DNA of 62,408 bases, the filler included, from Basidioascus undulatus (lineage: Eukaryota): assembly GCA_000826855.1 (NCBI GenBank). It is 5 parts of 5 records of this genome, joined end to end, with 100 filler letters (N's around TTAATTAATTAA, not from the genome) between each part and the next. Parts side by side here need not be neighbours in the genome. Positions count along the whole stretch, not along the records: positions 7,573 to 35,481 come from JTLS01000155.1; 4 more parts are not named here. One strand, written 5' to 3'. Position numbers and translations under genes: made by a program. Of this stretch, positions 13,058 to 24,662 are shown in pieces. Position 1 is the first letter of the stretch, and each line of letters opens with the position of its first letter. Below the pieces are notes generated by a model. That model searched no databases. It had not been told where the DNA came from and worked only from the letters and a program-made list of their open reading frames with translations.

Positions 13058-13128
13058 CTGGGATGATGCGGTTATGAGGTTAGTGTGGGGGGGAGAGGGG
13101 GGATGGGAAATGGAAGAATGAGACTCAC

Positions 13129-13287
13129 CGACTGGAGGAACTGCTCGCGGATGACCTCGGCCTTCCACCAGACGGCGCGCGGGACGGGGACGCCAACGCG
13201 GACGTCCTTGACCTGGACGGTGAGCGCGCGCGTCTCGGCGGCGTCGCTGCCGCCGAGGATGTTCTTTGCGGATTCGAGGAGGGACAT
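13129..13287 (-). CDS. FAS1: Isolated first exon resembling the N-terminus of fungal fatty acid synthase beta subunit (FAS_N region)
   Basis: MSLLESAKNILGGSDAAETRALTVQVKDVRVGVPVPRAVWWKAEVIREQFLQS aligns by eye with yeast Fas1 STRPLTLSHGSLEHVLLVPTASFFIASQLQEQF. It has strongly coding codon usage, a GTGAGT donor at 13128 and a long C/T-rich leader upstream. Confidence 0.7.
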
Positions 13288-15288
13288 CGTGCGTGTACTG
13301 GGGTGTGCGTTGGGGTATGAGTGTGGGTGGGTTGGGTGGTCGAGGAGTGTGGGTTGTGAGGATGAGCGTAAAGGTGGAGTGGGCTGTCTCTAGTCGGAGG
13401 AGGGTCGTGAGGATGAGAAGGAGTACAAGGCCGTTGCGATCAAGCCGAGGTTGCCAAGTTGCCAAAAGAGAACCAAAAGAGTAGAGAAACGGGATGGGGA
13501 TGCGCGGTGGTGCGTGTGTGCTGCTGCTCTGCTGCTGCCGATAACAAGGCGCGTTTGGGGCAGGAAGAGGATGAGTAGCAGGCGGGGATGGGGGTGGTGG
13601 GAGGATAAGGGTGTTGCCAGAGCAGGCCAGCGAGCAAGGCAAGATTGGAAGCAGGCAGGCTGCGATGGGATGGGGAGACGACTCGCCGACTTTCCCAGGC
13701 TGTTGTCCCGAGCACGGGCGCTGCGCTGCGTCCCCAACGCCCAGCGAAGCGACCCCACCGCGCCTGTCCCCTCGACCTGACCGCCCGCTTTCCGAATTGG
13801 CCCGCCCCCGCCCTTTCGTCCTCCTCCGTCCCCATCCCAGCCTCTTTTTTTCTCAGTCCTTCTCGCACACTCGCAATCTTTATTTTTGCTATCGTCATTC
13901 CCGCTCGCTTGTGCATACTCACTGCGATGACTGACTCAATACGGACCCCCGCCTGCCGCTTGCCCCAACTTGCCCCAACTTGCCCCATTCAACGCTCGCA
14001 ATCCGGTCGCCGTGCGGTGCTGCATTTCCCCGAGAGCCTGCTTGCCGTTATCACCACCAGTCAGACCGTTATGCATGTACCAACCAATGCAAGCTGCACG
14101 ACTTCAATTAGACGCAGTTGCAGCGCCGAAATCTTTCTGCAGCAAAGTCTTCCCGAATCGGAACGTCCCGGCATGGCAACTGACGTCTGACACTTGCGCA
14201 ATCTTGCGCAACGAGCTCATTTCCCAGCGCTCGCGACGTGCCTTCCCTTTTCCCCTTGTTTTTCACCCAAAGGTGGCCTTTAACCTCTTCGATCCTTTCC
14301 GGCGTCTTACTTCTGGTAACCATATCAATAAGAGCTCACCAACGCGATCCGAAATGTGCATCACTGCTGTGCAACCACTTGCAGTCTTCAGCCGCCCAGT
14401 GCCGTCCAGTGAGCGGCGCCGCTAGATTATTGGTCCGAAATTGCTGCAGCGCCGTTCGTTGCAGCAGCAGCCACACGCCAGCAGCAGCGCCGACGGTTGG
14501 CTGCGTCTTTTGTTGTCTGATCCGGATACAGACCTCATAGATTGAGGTGCTCTATCTGGTCAGACTGCGTTAGGTTGCTTTGATGTGGGCATGGACGCGA
14601 ACCGTCGAGGGCGTGGGTGGGTGAAACTCAGACGGGCTGGAAGGATGTGGTGGATGAGTACCTAGCGGGGTAGTGAGCGCACGGGCCACCGTGCCAATGG
14701 CTGTCCGACTGTCCGACCCTCGCCAGCATCTTCGTATGAATCGCGTTCGGACCGGTAATATCGATCGTAAATCCGAAAGTCCGCACCATGTCTTCTCCGT
14801 CCTTCGCTCAGAGGCGACGTCGCTCATGACTAAGAGCACTACTACCAGCCTCTATAGCGAGCTTGCGCCTGCGGACGGCATCAAGGACAAGCTAGGCGCG
14901 TTCCAGGTCGTCCTTTTGTGCGTTGCCCTGCTTCTCTTCCTTTGCTCGTGTCCTCCTTACTTCGGATTCTACAGGTTTGTCCGAGTAGTCGGGCCCGCAA
15001 GACCGTCCGGACTGTATGAATCAAACACACCTTACGTCTACTAGGAGAGGCTTCTTTAGGGGACGACGAGCGCGGGGAGGTGCTGTTGAAAGAAAGGGGT
15101 CTGTAGTGTGGCAGCATGCAGTGATGTTGACCTCCAGGCGCTCGGGGTGCGGGCAATTCAGTCTGTTAATGCCATCTCGTCAGATCCTTCTGTTTGTTGA
15201 ACTTCGAAGGAACGACGGACGCTTGCTCGAGAGCCATGCAGACATCCAGAAGATAGCCGACGTTGGCGACCGTTATATAGAATTTGGA

Positions 15289-16014
15289 TTAGTCTCCTAG
15301 GTATCTGCGGACCGAGAGCGATACATAAAGCGTTACCGCTTGCACTGGCGGTGTGGTCGCAAAGGTCGCCCCGATGACGGCGTGGTCGTGCAACGGCGAG
15401 AAGGAACGCCCGCGCCCTTCCCGGTGCTCTCCTGCAGCGCGACGCGCTCGGATCGCTTTCTCCATCGTGACCACGAAGGAAGAGAGCCTTTGGGAACGAG
15501 ATGGAAAGTGTTCTTTCAAAAGGCCTCGCGATAGCAGCTCAGGGCATTGAAGCTCCACGGCCTGATCGACAACACCAGCAGCAGACAGCGGCGGCGCATA
15601 GCCTGTCCATCCGATCGTCCCCCAGTCTGCAATCTTTCGGTCTAGGTGGAAGATTAACCACATCTGTTCAAATAAGAAGCTTCGGAAAAGCGGAGCTGAA
15701 CGGACCCACGCTTTTCCGAAGCTGAACGGACCCACGCATGGCTTTGAGAGCTTGCACCGCGCTCTGCCCCCGCATTTCGGCGACGCCAGCCGCGCGGCCG
15801 CTGTGCACACAGCCGATAGTACCCCGTCCTTACTGTGGCCAAATGCGAGTGGCGCTCCGAGTCCGCTTCGATTCAGGATACGAAGAAGGGAACTTTCATC
15901 GCATATCTCTCTGAGACGACTGCACGTCCGCGAGAGGGCTGTTGAGGGCAGTAGCGAGTAGATCTCGTCTCGGACCCGGATGAGGATCTCGTTTGGGAGC
16001 GTGAGGAGAGACAT
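15289..16014 (-). CDS. F-box-like protein of a lineage-specific family (paralog of 50841-52000); possibly truncated by a premature TAA
   Basis: F-box-like MSLLTLPNEILIRVRDEIYSLLPSTALSRTCSRLREI, then GLGAP..VCTAAARLASPKCGGRARC and ATFATTPPVQ. Coding-like sequence continues in frame after the TAA at ~15290. Confidence 0.6.
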   Translation of the reverse strand: MSLLTLPNEILIRVRDEIYSLLPSTALSRTCSRLREICDESSLLRILNRSGLGAPLAFGHSKDGVLSAVCTAAARLASPKCGGRARCKLSKPCVGPFSFGKAWVRSAPLFRSFLFEQMWLIFHLDRKIADWGTIGWTGYAPPLSAAGVVDQAVELQCPELLSRGLLKEHFPSRSQRLSSFVVTMEKAIRARRAAGEHREGRGRSFSPLHDHAVIGATFATTPPVQAVTLYVSLSVRRYLGD

Positions 16015-16441
16015 TTAGGAAAAGAAAAGGTAAGGTGGTGTTGGAGGTCAAGCGTAAAGCGTCGAGGGGCCGCAGAAGACTGCTTTGTCGCCGTGGAACA
16101 GCCTCGCGCCTCGCTCTTGACAGCCGAAACAACTGAATGCGGCTGGATTTGCCTCCCAGCAAGGGCACGTCGACAAGGAACCCTCACGCTTGCATGTCCA
16201 CCCCTCATCGTTTTGGTTTCTAAAAGACTAAGGACATAGCGCTGCAGGCGATTGACAAACGCACGAGAAACTATGCGGCGGAATGAGAAGTGCAATGGCA
16301 ATCGAAGGTATCGTGCGTGCAAAGAACGAAAGCAAGAAAGTATTACAAGACGATGCAAAGATGCGGAATGCGGACTGTGAAGCGTCAAGTCGTAACCGGG
16401 GCGTAAAAATGGTCGTAAGCGCGACGCGCGGATGCGAGAGA

Positions 16442-17859
16442 CTACGCCGCCGTCGAAGGTCCAGCCTGCGCCGGGGCCTCACCCCCGCTCCCAAACTTCC
16501 ACCACCGCCTCTTCTGCTTCGGGGCCGCCGACTCGCCCACAATCCCGCTGACGACCTCGTCCGCCTTCCTCTCGTCCCTATGGACGATCTCGCCCTCCCT
16601 TTGCGCACGACTAGAACTTGCTTGCGCCTGCGCCTGCATGGGCGGCGCGCTCCGCTGCTCCTGCAGGAGCCTCGACCGGATCTTCGTCCCCTCGCCCGGC
16701 TTCATGCCCTTCCCCACCCCGAGCTTCTTCACGCGCTTCAGCGCCTTCTTCTCCGCGTCTGTCGAGCCCAGGAGCGCGGGAGGGATGGCGGGAGGGTTCG
16801 GGTTCTTCTTGCGCTCACGTCGGGAGGGGCCCGCCTGGAGGACGGAGGCGGCGTGGCCCTTCGCGTCGATCTCGGCTGCGAGCGCGGGGTGCTCGGCCGG
16901 CAGTGCGATGAACACCTCGCCCCGGCGTCGGACTGCCCAGTCCAGCTGCGCAGATCAGAAGAGGCCGGGAAGAGAGATGCAGAGCAGTGGAAGACGGACG
17001 GTATTCTTCTAGCAAATGCGAGTTGCGCGAGTTCGCCTTCCACGCCGCGAGGATGACGTCTCCCACGAGCGGGACGAACCCTACTCCCGCGGAGATGGCG
17101 TTGTTTGTCCACCTGTCCCAGTTACCTCCATCAGCACTCCTCACGCGTGCCAAGTCCGCTGATACGTACATGCGCGTCCGGAGAGTTTCAGGGATATCCG
17201 CCTTCGAGCACTGCCGGAGGACGAGAAAGTAGTTGAGGGACGCGTCGGCGCTGCGTCGATGAGCCAGTCCAGCGTCAGCCGACACATCGACCATCCCGCC
17301 TGAAGGAAGTAGAGACTCACACGTCACCCACTACAGGGATCAGCCCGATGAAGAATGTCCAACTGCGCTTCAACATGTCAGGAGCCCTCCGCTGTTCCGC
17401 CCACCCAGCCCGCGACGCACCCGAAGCGGAACCCGCAGACGGTGAACCCCTTGTCGAGGTAGTGGGCGCGCTTCATGACCTTCTCTGCTCCCAGTGACCC
17501 CTTCAGCTGCTATAATCCGCACCAGTATGGAAGGTACGTACTGAGAATGCGCTCGTCCCGCTTGGACAGCCCGGGAGGCACGTCGCGCTTCCGGCGCCGG
17601 ACGCGACCTTGCGCGTCTGTGTACTCCTCGTCTGCACACCTCAGCCCCTCTCAGCACACCGTAGCACCACAGTTCCGAATAGCCGAGTTGTACCCACAGT
17701 ATGGGTCCAGAGGGGCCATTCCTGCCACACGTTGAGACAGCGCGTTGCCGGCCATGTCGGCCGCGACCTGCAGCCCGATAGCGACGCCGCTTGTAAGCTC
17801 TCTCCTGCGAAAGCCACGGGTCTTCGGGCGACACGCACTTTCTTTATAATGGCGCTCAT
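16442..17859 (-). CDS. DUF4112-domain membrane protein, multi-exon
   Basis: Spliced exons DPY..PPGLSKRDERIL/KVMKRAHYLDKGFTVCGFRFG/WTFFIGLIPVVGD/ADASLNYFLV..ADIP..M/NNAISAGVGFVPLVGDVILAAWKANSRNSHLLEEY are the DUF4112 signature. Confidence 0.85.
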
Positions 17860-18953
17860 AGCTCTGTTGCTGCGGTGTGTATGGAGATGGTGGGGAGAGA
17901 TGATGGGGGGACAGAGAGCGGAGCGGCTGACTTCGGAAGGATGCAAGCGGTTCAAAGCTCGCAAGCACGTGTTTTTACGTCATTTAGCAAGGCGATATTT
18001 GTGGCCGCTTGCCAAGTGCACTGTTTGCATCCTTTTCAGTCTCACAGCACTGCACTTTCAGGTCGATGAAGGCAATGAAACGCAGGTAATGCTACAGAAA
18101 ACCGTCGGGTTGTAGAGCTCAAGTTGTCAATCTCAATCACCCCAGCCTCAGCTGGTGGTTCACTGAGAAAGTCTGCCTCGCCCACGGTATCGCAATCGCT
18201 CGGCTTCGTCCTGACAGTTTCTCCTTCTTATTGCAGAATTCGGATTTAATCTGATGCAGTTTCCCTTTGAACAGTCCGTTGAGTGTTACAACCAGTTCAA
18301 CCCACCTTGGGTGCAGTGGTCCTTTCAAGGTACCCCTGCTATCTTGTCTTCGCCTTCGAAGAAACCCCAGAATGGTTGAAAGTAGGTCTTTCTGTACTAT
18401 TGTACATTTGAATAACTGGTAATACTGCAGAGGTTGCTCGACGTACTCCGTTACAGAGATGCCACCCCAGCAGTTTGTGCCTGCGTGCCGCCGATGACCA
18501 TCTTTGACTCAACGGTTCAGCGTTAGACCCGGCTGGACACCAGAAGGCGACATAAATATCTTCTATCCTGGCGAGTCTGCTCCAGCCTGCAAGCCGATAT
18601 CCCAATTGTGTATCAGCGTCCGCCCTTCAGACTGGCCGCATCGATCGAGGGAACAGCCTCTCCATGGCTCAACGCAGCAAACCCATCAAGACAAGCTCTT
18701 GTCCTTTTTGGCACTGTCTCTTTTGTATATTGTCAATAGTCGGTCTCGAAGCTGCAGCCGTACTCTCTCTCTCAGAAAGCAGACCCCGCCCGTCTACTCA
18801 TGAATGCATGTCTACTTGAAAGCAGCTACCTTCTCCTAGCAACCTCCGCAATAGCCTCTTGCATCCTCGCGCCCCGTCACCACCAGTTGCACGCGATTTA
18901 TGCGCTACACTCGTCTGTGAATGCATGCGAGAGTTGCATCATGGTATTCATGC

Positions 18954-19435
18954 TCAACTTCTCCACCCGCGCGGGACGTGGAAACCCCAGCTCCCGGGCC
19001 AGTCCGAGTAGTCGTACACCCGCTCGCGATCCTCATTGTCATAAACCTTCAACACACACTCAGCATCGCAAACTCGTCCCATCAAGCGCCTCAAGAGACG
19101 CGGCCACCTTACCTTGAAGTACACCGTCTCTCTACCGTCAAACACCTGATCCACGCGCGTCTCGCCCGGCCACTCAAACTGGGCTCCGCCGCCGGAACTG
19201 CACGTCGACGCACCACCCCTCGGGGAGGGGGAAACCGTCGCCCATCGCGAACCCGAGTACGACAGAGTAGAGGAAGTCGGGGAGAGCCTTGCGCTCGTTC
19301 ACGTCCTGCCCGCGCGTGTGCCCGTAGCTGCCCTGCCGGACGTTGACCCACAAGCAGCAGCGGGCGCGGTACCCGCGCTTGTGCCAGCCGGTGCCGCGGA
19401 CGTTGTGGGTGCTGAGGCCTTTGGCGCGGGGCATT
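18954..19435 (-). CDS. Small hypothetical protein (two exons, one apparent frameshift near 19190)
   Basis: MPRAKGLSTHNVRGTGWHKRGYRARCCLWVNVRQG..EGWCVDVQF, then +1 to GGGAQFEWPGETRVDQVFDGRETVYFK, a GTAAGG intron, and VYDNEDRERVYDYSDW. GC3-rich coding-type codons. Confidence 0.55.
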
Positions 19436-20034
19436 GTGAGAGTACAAGGGATGGGCGATGGGGAAGGAGAAAGAGGTGGGGACGCGTCTACTCTAGTCGT
19501 TGCTAGTCGCCCTTGACACGAAAATGCACACACCTGCACATCTTTACGACCTCCACGCGAACATAGTATCAGGCAGATCTCCATCACTGAATCCATAAAA
19601 AATGCCCACAAAGATGTTGCGTCTTCTCCGGGCCCATCCTCGCTCATAACAGAGGATCGACCCCCAGCGACGCGTTCGCTCGACCGCGACAAACCAATGA
19701 TCTTAGCATCGGCTTGACAGCCTACCCAAGAACAAAAAGACCGGCCCCACTGTACGCCCTGGAGGAAGGGTGGGCGCGGGGGGCCAGTACGCGATTGTAT
19801 GTGTGGAGAGAAGACGACCAGCAGAGGAAGACGGGAAGATCTGGCGCGTATGCGAATTCCCACGCTGCTCCGGGATGAGTAAGCGGCGGGCGGACCGACA
19901 GCCGGATAATGATTGCAAAATGCTTGTTCGTTTCTCCCTTTTACCTTCATCTTCGTAGCTTGATCTCCTCAAAAACTGACCATCAGAAGTTCGGTCTCTG
20001 TTGAGGCTTCATACTCGCATCTTGCTCGCCCACG

Positions 20035-23000
20035 ATGGCGGTTCCGATGCCCGCCGGGCCTGAAGGGGCGGAAGGGGCAGGGGCAGAAGGGGCAGCAGGG
20101 GCAGCGTCTTCCTCGTCCGTCTCTTCGCTCTTCGCCCGCATATAATCGAGATCATGCTCATCTTGCTGCGTTTTACCGGTCTGGATGAAACAGATATGAT
20201 TACCAAGATGCACCGATCGAGGGGGAGTTCACCGTAAATCGGTCTCTTGCTCATATCCCCCTCTCAGGAATCGGAAAGAGCACCGCTCACACAACCCCTG
20301 CACTTTCATCTCCTCGTACAATGCGATATACCACAAGATACGCGCAGTAATTCTCGGCCTGCTTATAGGCGTTCTCCTCTGCCTGACGAACCTCGTCCGT
20401 CCTCCCTCACCGCGGCTCTCCTCCTGCCCCTACTACCCTGCTGATTCACGCACTTCAGTTCTTCGGATTGCAAAGCGGGTGGATCAGGTGCGGCGGCGCC
20501 TGAAAAATACCTAAACCGTGCAGCACGGTGCTGATGGTGGAACGGGGACTCGGAACAGCATGATGTCCCTCCAGGCTGCGCTTATCGGCTTCGGGCTGGG
20601 GAAGCTCCAAGGGCGGGGGCTGAGCGTGAGGGAGAACGTCGGTGGGTCACTTTCCCCATGCTTCAGCTCTTTGTCCCGACCCTGAACCCCCCTCGCAGTC
20701 GTCCAAACCACTGCAGTAGGCGTCGGGACGCTGCCCTTGGCCGCCGGTGCGTCTTCTTCTTCCTCCTTCCTTCCCGGTCCCTTGTCTCATCATGCTGGAC
20801 AACTGCACCCAGGGCTGGTCGGGATTGTCCCCGCGCTCTCGCAGCTGTCCCCCGACTCAGACGGGGCAGAGCCAATCGTCCTCTCCGCTTGGCATCTCAT
20901 CGCATGGTGCCTCGCCACTGCATTCTTCGGGGTCTTCTTCGCTGTGCCGCTAAGGAAACAAGTCGTACATAACTCTGCACACCCCGTTATCTTAATTCTC
21001 CTCTTTCGCGTCTGACACAGCGTCGCTGCCCGTCGGATAGATCATCAAAGAGAAGCTCGTCTTCCCCTCCGGGACGGCGACCGCGCAGCTCATCTCCGTC
21101 CTGCACCATGCGCCACTGCGCGACGAATCTGCCTCTTCCGTATCTGCGTCCGGTTCTGCACCGCGCCGCCGGAACCGCAGTGGATACGAGGCGCTCCCGT
21201 CCTCTGTGGACGTGGAGGAGGTCGACGACGGCGCGTCGGTAGACGAAGCGGAGGAGGCGGCGGAGGAGCGCAAGGGCGTGCAGGACGCGGTGGGGCGCAG
21301 CGGTTGGTGGAGGCTTGCGGGGAGCTTTGGGGCCAGTGCGGGGCTGACGGTGCGTGTCTGGCTGTGCCCAGCTGCGGTGGGAGGTTGAACGCTCATGAGC
21401 TTGTGCGGCGGTTGGATTGGGGGACGGCAGATCGCGGGCTTCTTCTTCCCTGTCCTTGGGGCGATTCCGTTGTTCAACGTGTTTGGGAACTCGCTGGCTA
21501 GCAAGTGGTTGTGGTGGTGCGTTAGGACCTCTGCTCTGGGCGTAAAAGAACCTTCCCGACTGACTGCGTTGCGCAATGCTGCCTGAAGGTTCTCACCCTC
21601 GCTTTCGTACATCGTACGCCCCGCTTCTTGGACTGGAGCAGATCAATCCCTCATACCTCCTTGTCGCACCTGCAGGGCCAAGGCGTCATCATGGGCCTCC
21701 CCACAACGCTGTCAATGAACGTCGTGCGTCTTCCTTTCCTCCACCCCTCTCGTCTTCCACATCCCGCACACGCGCCTCTTCATCCAGGGCATGCTCGTCG
21801 GTTGGGCCGTCCTCTCCCCGCTCTCCTACCATCGGGGCTGGGCGCCGGGCCCCCCCGCCTCCTCCTCCGACGGCGCGCGCGGGTGGATCCTGTGGACCGC
21901 CCTAGCGATCATGATTGCCGAGTCGCTCGTCGGGCTCCTGCCCATCGCAGCGGAGACCGTCCAGCGCTACGCGTCCGGCATTCCGTCATCCAAGCAGGCG
22001 GATGCGGAGGAGGACCATGACGACGAGACGCCCGACCGCCTCGTCCCCGCGTGGTGGGTCTGGGTCGGCCTCTGCGCGTGTACAGTGGGCGGGACGGGCC
22101 TGATCTGGGCGGTGTTTGGCGCGGAGGGGATCCGCCCGTGGGCGACCGTCGTGGGCATCGCGATGGCGAGCGTGTTTAGCTTGCTTGGGTGCGCTGGTTA
22201 CCTCACTCACTGCGGTCGACTGCGGGGTGGCTCATGTGTGGGGCGTGGGGGGGGCGGGGGACAGCGTGAGAGCACTCGGCGAGACGGACCTCAACCCCGT
22301 TAGCGGCATCGGCAAGATCTCGCAGCTCGTCTTCAGCGTGCTCCAGCCGGGCAACGTCGTCGCGAACTTGCTGGCGGGCGGGATCGCAGAGGCGGGCGCA
22401 CAGCAGTGCGTCTTTCTTTTCCCCGCTCTTTCTTACTTTCACTCTTTCTTACTTTCCTTCTTGTTACCGACGCTGAATGTGGGCGGGTACCGACGCAGGG
22501 CGGGCGACCTGATGCAGGATCTGAAGGTGCGCCTTCGTTTGCATCTCGCGCAAGAAAGCTCGGAAATGGAATACTGATGAGCTTGCACGTAGACCGGGCA
22601 CCTTCTCCGCGCCAGCCCGCGAAGCCAATTTTACGGGCAGCTCATCGGGTCGTTCGCTTCCGTGTTTGTTTCGACTGCGGCGTACAAGGTACCTTTTGGC
22701 TTTCTCTCGCACCCGTTTTGTCCGTTGCACTCACACATGGTCTGCTAGATCTACACCGCGACGTACACCATTCCCGGTCCGACCTTCCCTGCTCCTCAAG
22801 CGGCGATCTGGTGCGTCTCTTCTCGCGCCCCCTGCTGCTCCCCATCTCTGCTAACGCCGCCGATACAGGCTCAATCTCGCCCGGCTCGTCAACTCCGGCT
22901 CGCTCCCTCCGCGCGCGAAAGAGTTCATGACCGCCTTTGGGATCGTATTCGGGGGATTGTCGGCGCTCCGCGTGTGGCTGGATGGGAGGGGCCAGCAGAG

Positions 23001-23461
23001 CCCCGGGTGGGTGCGGTTCTTGCCGAGCGGCGTGGCGTTTGCGATTGGTAGGTCCAATCAGACATTCAGTTTGCGGACCGCACGTACGCGCGTGGGGCTG
23101 ACAAGACGAGCGAGCAGGTTTCCTCAACACGCCTTCGTTCTCTATCGCACGTCTCATCGGGGTGCGTGTCTTCTTTATTAATGAAGTCGACCCAGCAGCT
23201 CACGTTCGATCTTTCATTCCGTTTCGCCAGGGCATAATCTCCCACGTCTCCCTCCGACGCCTGCAGCGCACGCAGCGCTCCCCCCCGCGCGGGCCCGCCG
23301 CGCATTTGGCGGACCTCGCGCTCGTCGTGCTCGCCAGCGGGTTTGTCCTCGGCGAGGGGTTCGCGAGCGTGCTCGTGCTCGCTCTCAAGAGCGCCGGGGC
23401 TGAGCCTGCGAGCTGCTGGGGCTGCGGCGCGGGCGGGGGAGGGTATTGCGGTGGTTGCTAG
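20035..23461 (+). CDS. OPT superfamily oligopeptide/YSL-type transporter, multi-exon
   Basis: In-frame spliced start MAVPMPAGPEG..SSS/YDYQDAPIEGEFT/IRAVILGLLIG..TNL/FFGLQSG. Also ENV.VQTTAV, FFGVFFAVPLRKQ..KEKLVFPSGTATAQLI, GQGVIMG, ALGETDLNPVSGIGKISQL, AGDLMQDLK and ASGFVLGEG. Confidence 0.92.
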
Positions 23462-23983
23462 GAACGAGGAGGACGGGTAGTGCGGATCGGATGGATAGAC
23501 GTACTTTGCTTCTCATTCTGATTCTGCAAAGAGGCATGACTCCCGCGCGCGTCGACTGCTGGCTCAGCCTGTCATTGCGGTTATTCAGTCGAGCGCAGCC
23601 AGGTCAATACCATCGCATACGGAGCGTTTCACGCAACTTGTTGTTTGCTACCAGGGTATTTCGAGTGAACAATCTGTAATTTCTGCGTATCCTTTCTTAC
23701 CAACGCTCATGGCTGGTGTTTCACTGTCGTGGACTCCCGACACGCTTACAGTGTGGCTTCCAGTCATCCAACTCATTTTTGTCCGACAAGAGCAGTCAAC
23801 ATAGTTCCATGGCCCGCGAACCCTCACAATCCCACCCCTAACAAACGGGGTTTCCGAGCCCGTCCATCGCGTCAAGCGAGCACCAGAAACGCCCTAACCG
23901 CCCTTCGCCCAATCGACCTTCCACCCTTTCCGGCCCAAACTTCCAGCTCCAATCCTCATCCCGGCCCCAGAGCCCCTAACCCG

Positions 23984-24662
23984 ATGTCTTCCCCCGCGCG
24001 CCAAACCATCGACGCCTACGTCGCGGCGATGAACGCCCTCTCCTACGACGGCGTCGTCGCGCTCCTCGCGGATGACGGGACCTTCACCCAGCGCGTGCGG
24101 CCCGCCTCGCTCGCGAAGTCGCTCGGCACGAAGCTCGACAAGAACCGGGAGGAGTTCATGCATGACTTGAGAGCGCTGCCGGACTGGTTTGAGTGGTCGG
24201 ATGTGCGCATGTTGGCTAGCCGACCAGCTTGGTGATGCACTCACAAGGTAAACGGAGGAGGACAGTTCAAGCCGCATGAGGTGATCGAGGCGAAGGATCA
24301 GGAGGGGGACATTATCTTCATGCATGTGCGTTACTGTCTCTGTTCAAAAGATAGCTTGCACTTAACTCCCCGACGCTTGACAGGCGAGTGCGACCGGCAA
24401 GACCAAGAGCGGCGGGGCGTACGCGAACGAGTACCACTTCGTCTTCCGCTTCATGCCTGACGTGCGTCAATGTTTGCTTTCATCCGACGCCTTCCCCAAG
24501 CTCGACCAATGCACTGAAACCGTTGCGGGTTGGATGCAGGGCAACAAAATCAGGAGCATCGACGAATTTGCGGTCAGCGCGGTCATCATTGACTTTATGA
24601 AGGGGGAGATGGAGCGGCAGAAGGTCAATGCGCCGGTAGGCTCGAAGGAGGGAAGCGCCTGA
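23984..24662 (+). CDS. SnoaL-like/NTF2-fold protein, spliced
   Basis: MSSPARQTIDAYVAAMNALSYDGVVALLADD..RPASL../EVIEAKD..IIFMH/ASATGKTKSGGAYANEYHFVFRF/GNKIRSIDEFAVS. Confidence 0.8.

Noticed and set aside
14673..15044. 123-aa ORF with one hydrophobic segment
   Set aside because: No recognisable motif, weak codon bias and no clear splice structure, so it cannot be supported as a gene.
19983..20213. Minus-strand ORF with PSAPAPSA repeats
   Set aside because: It is the antisense shadow of OPT exon 1 (GAEGAGAEGAAG), which splices in frame to EFTIRAVILG.
20321..20350. Apparent frameshift at an OPT ATG
   Set aside because: This ATG is intronic; upstream exons from 20035 restore the frame.
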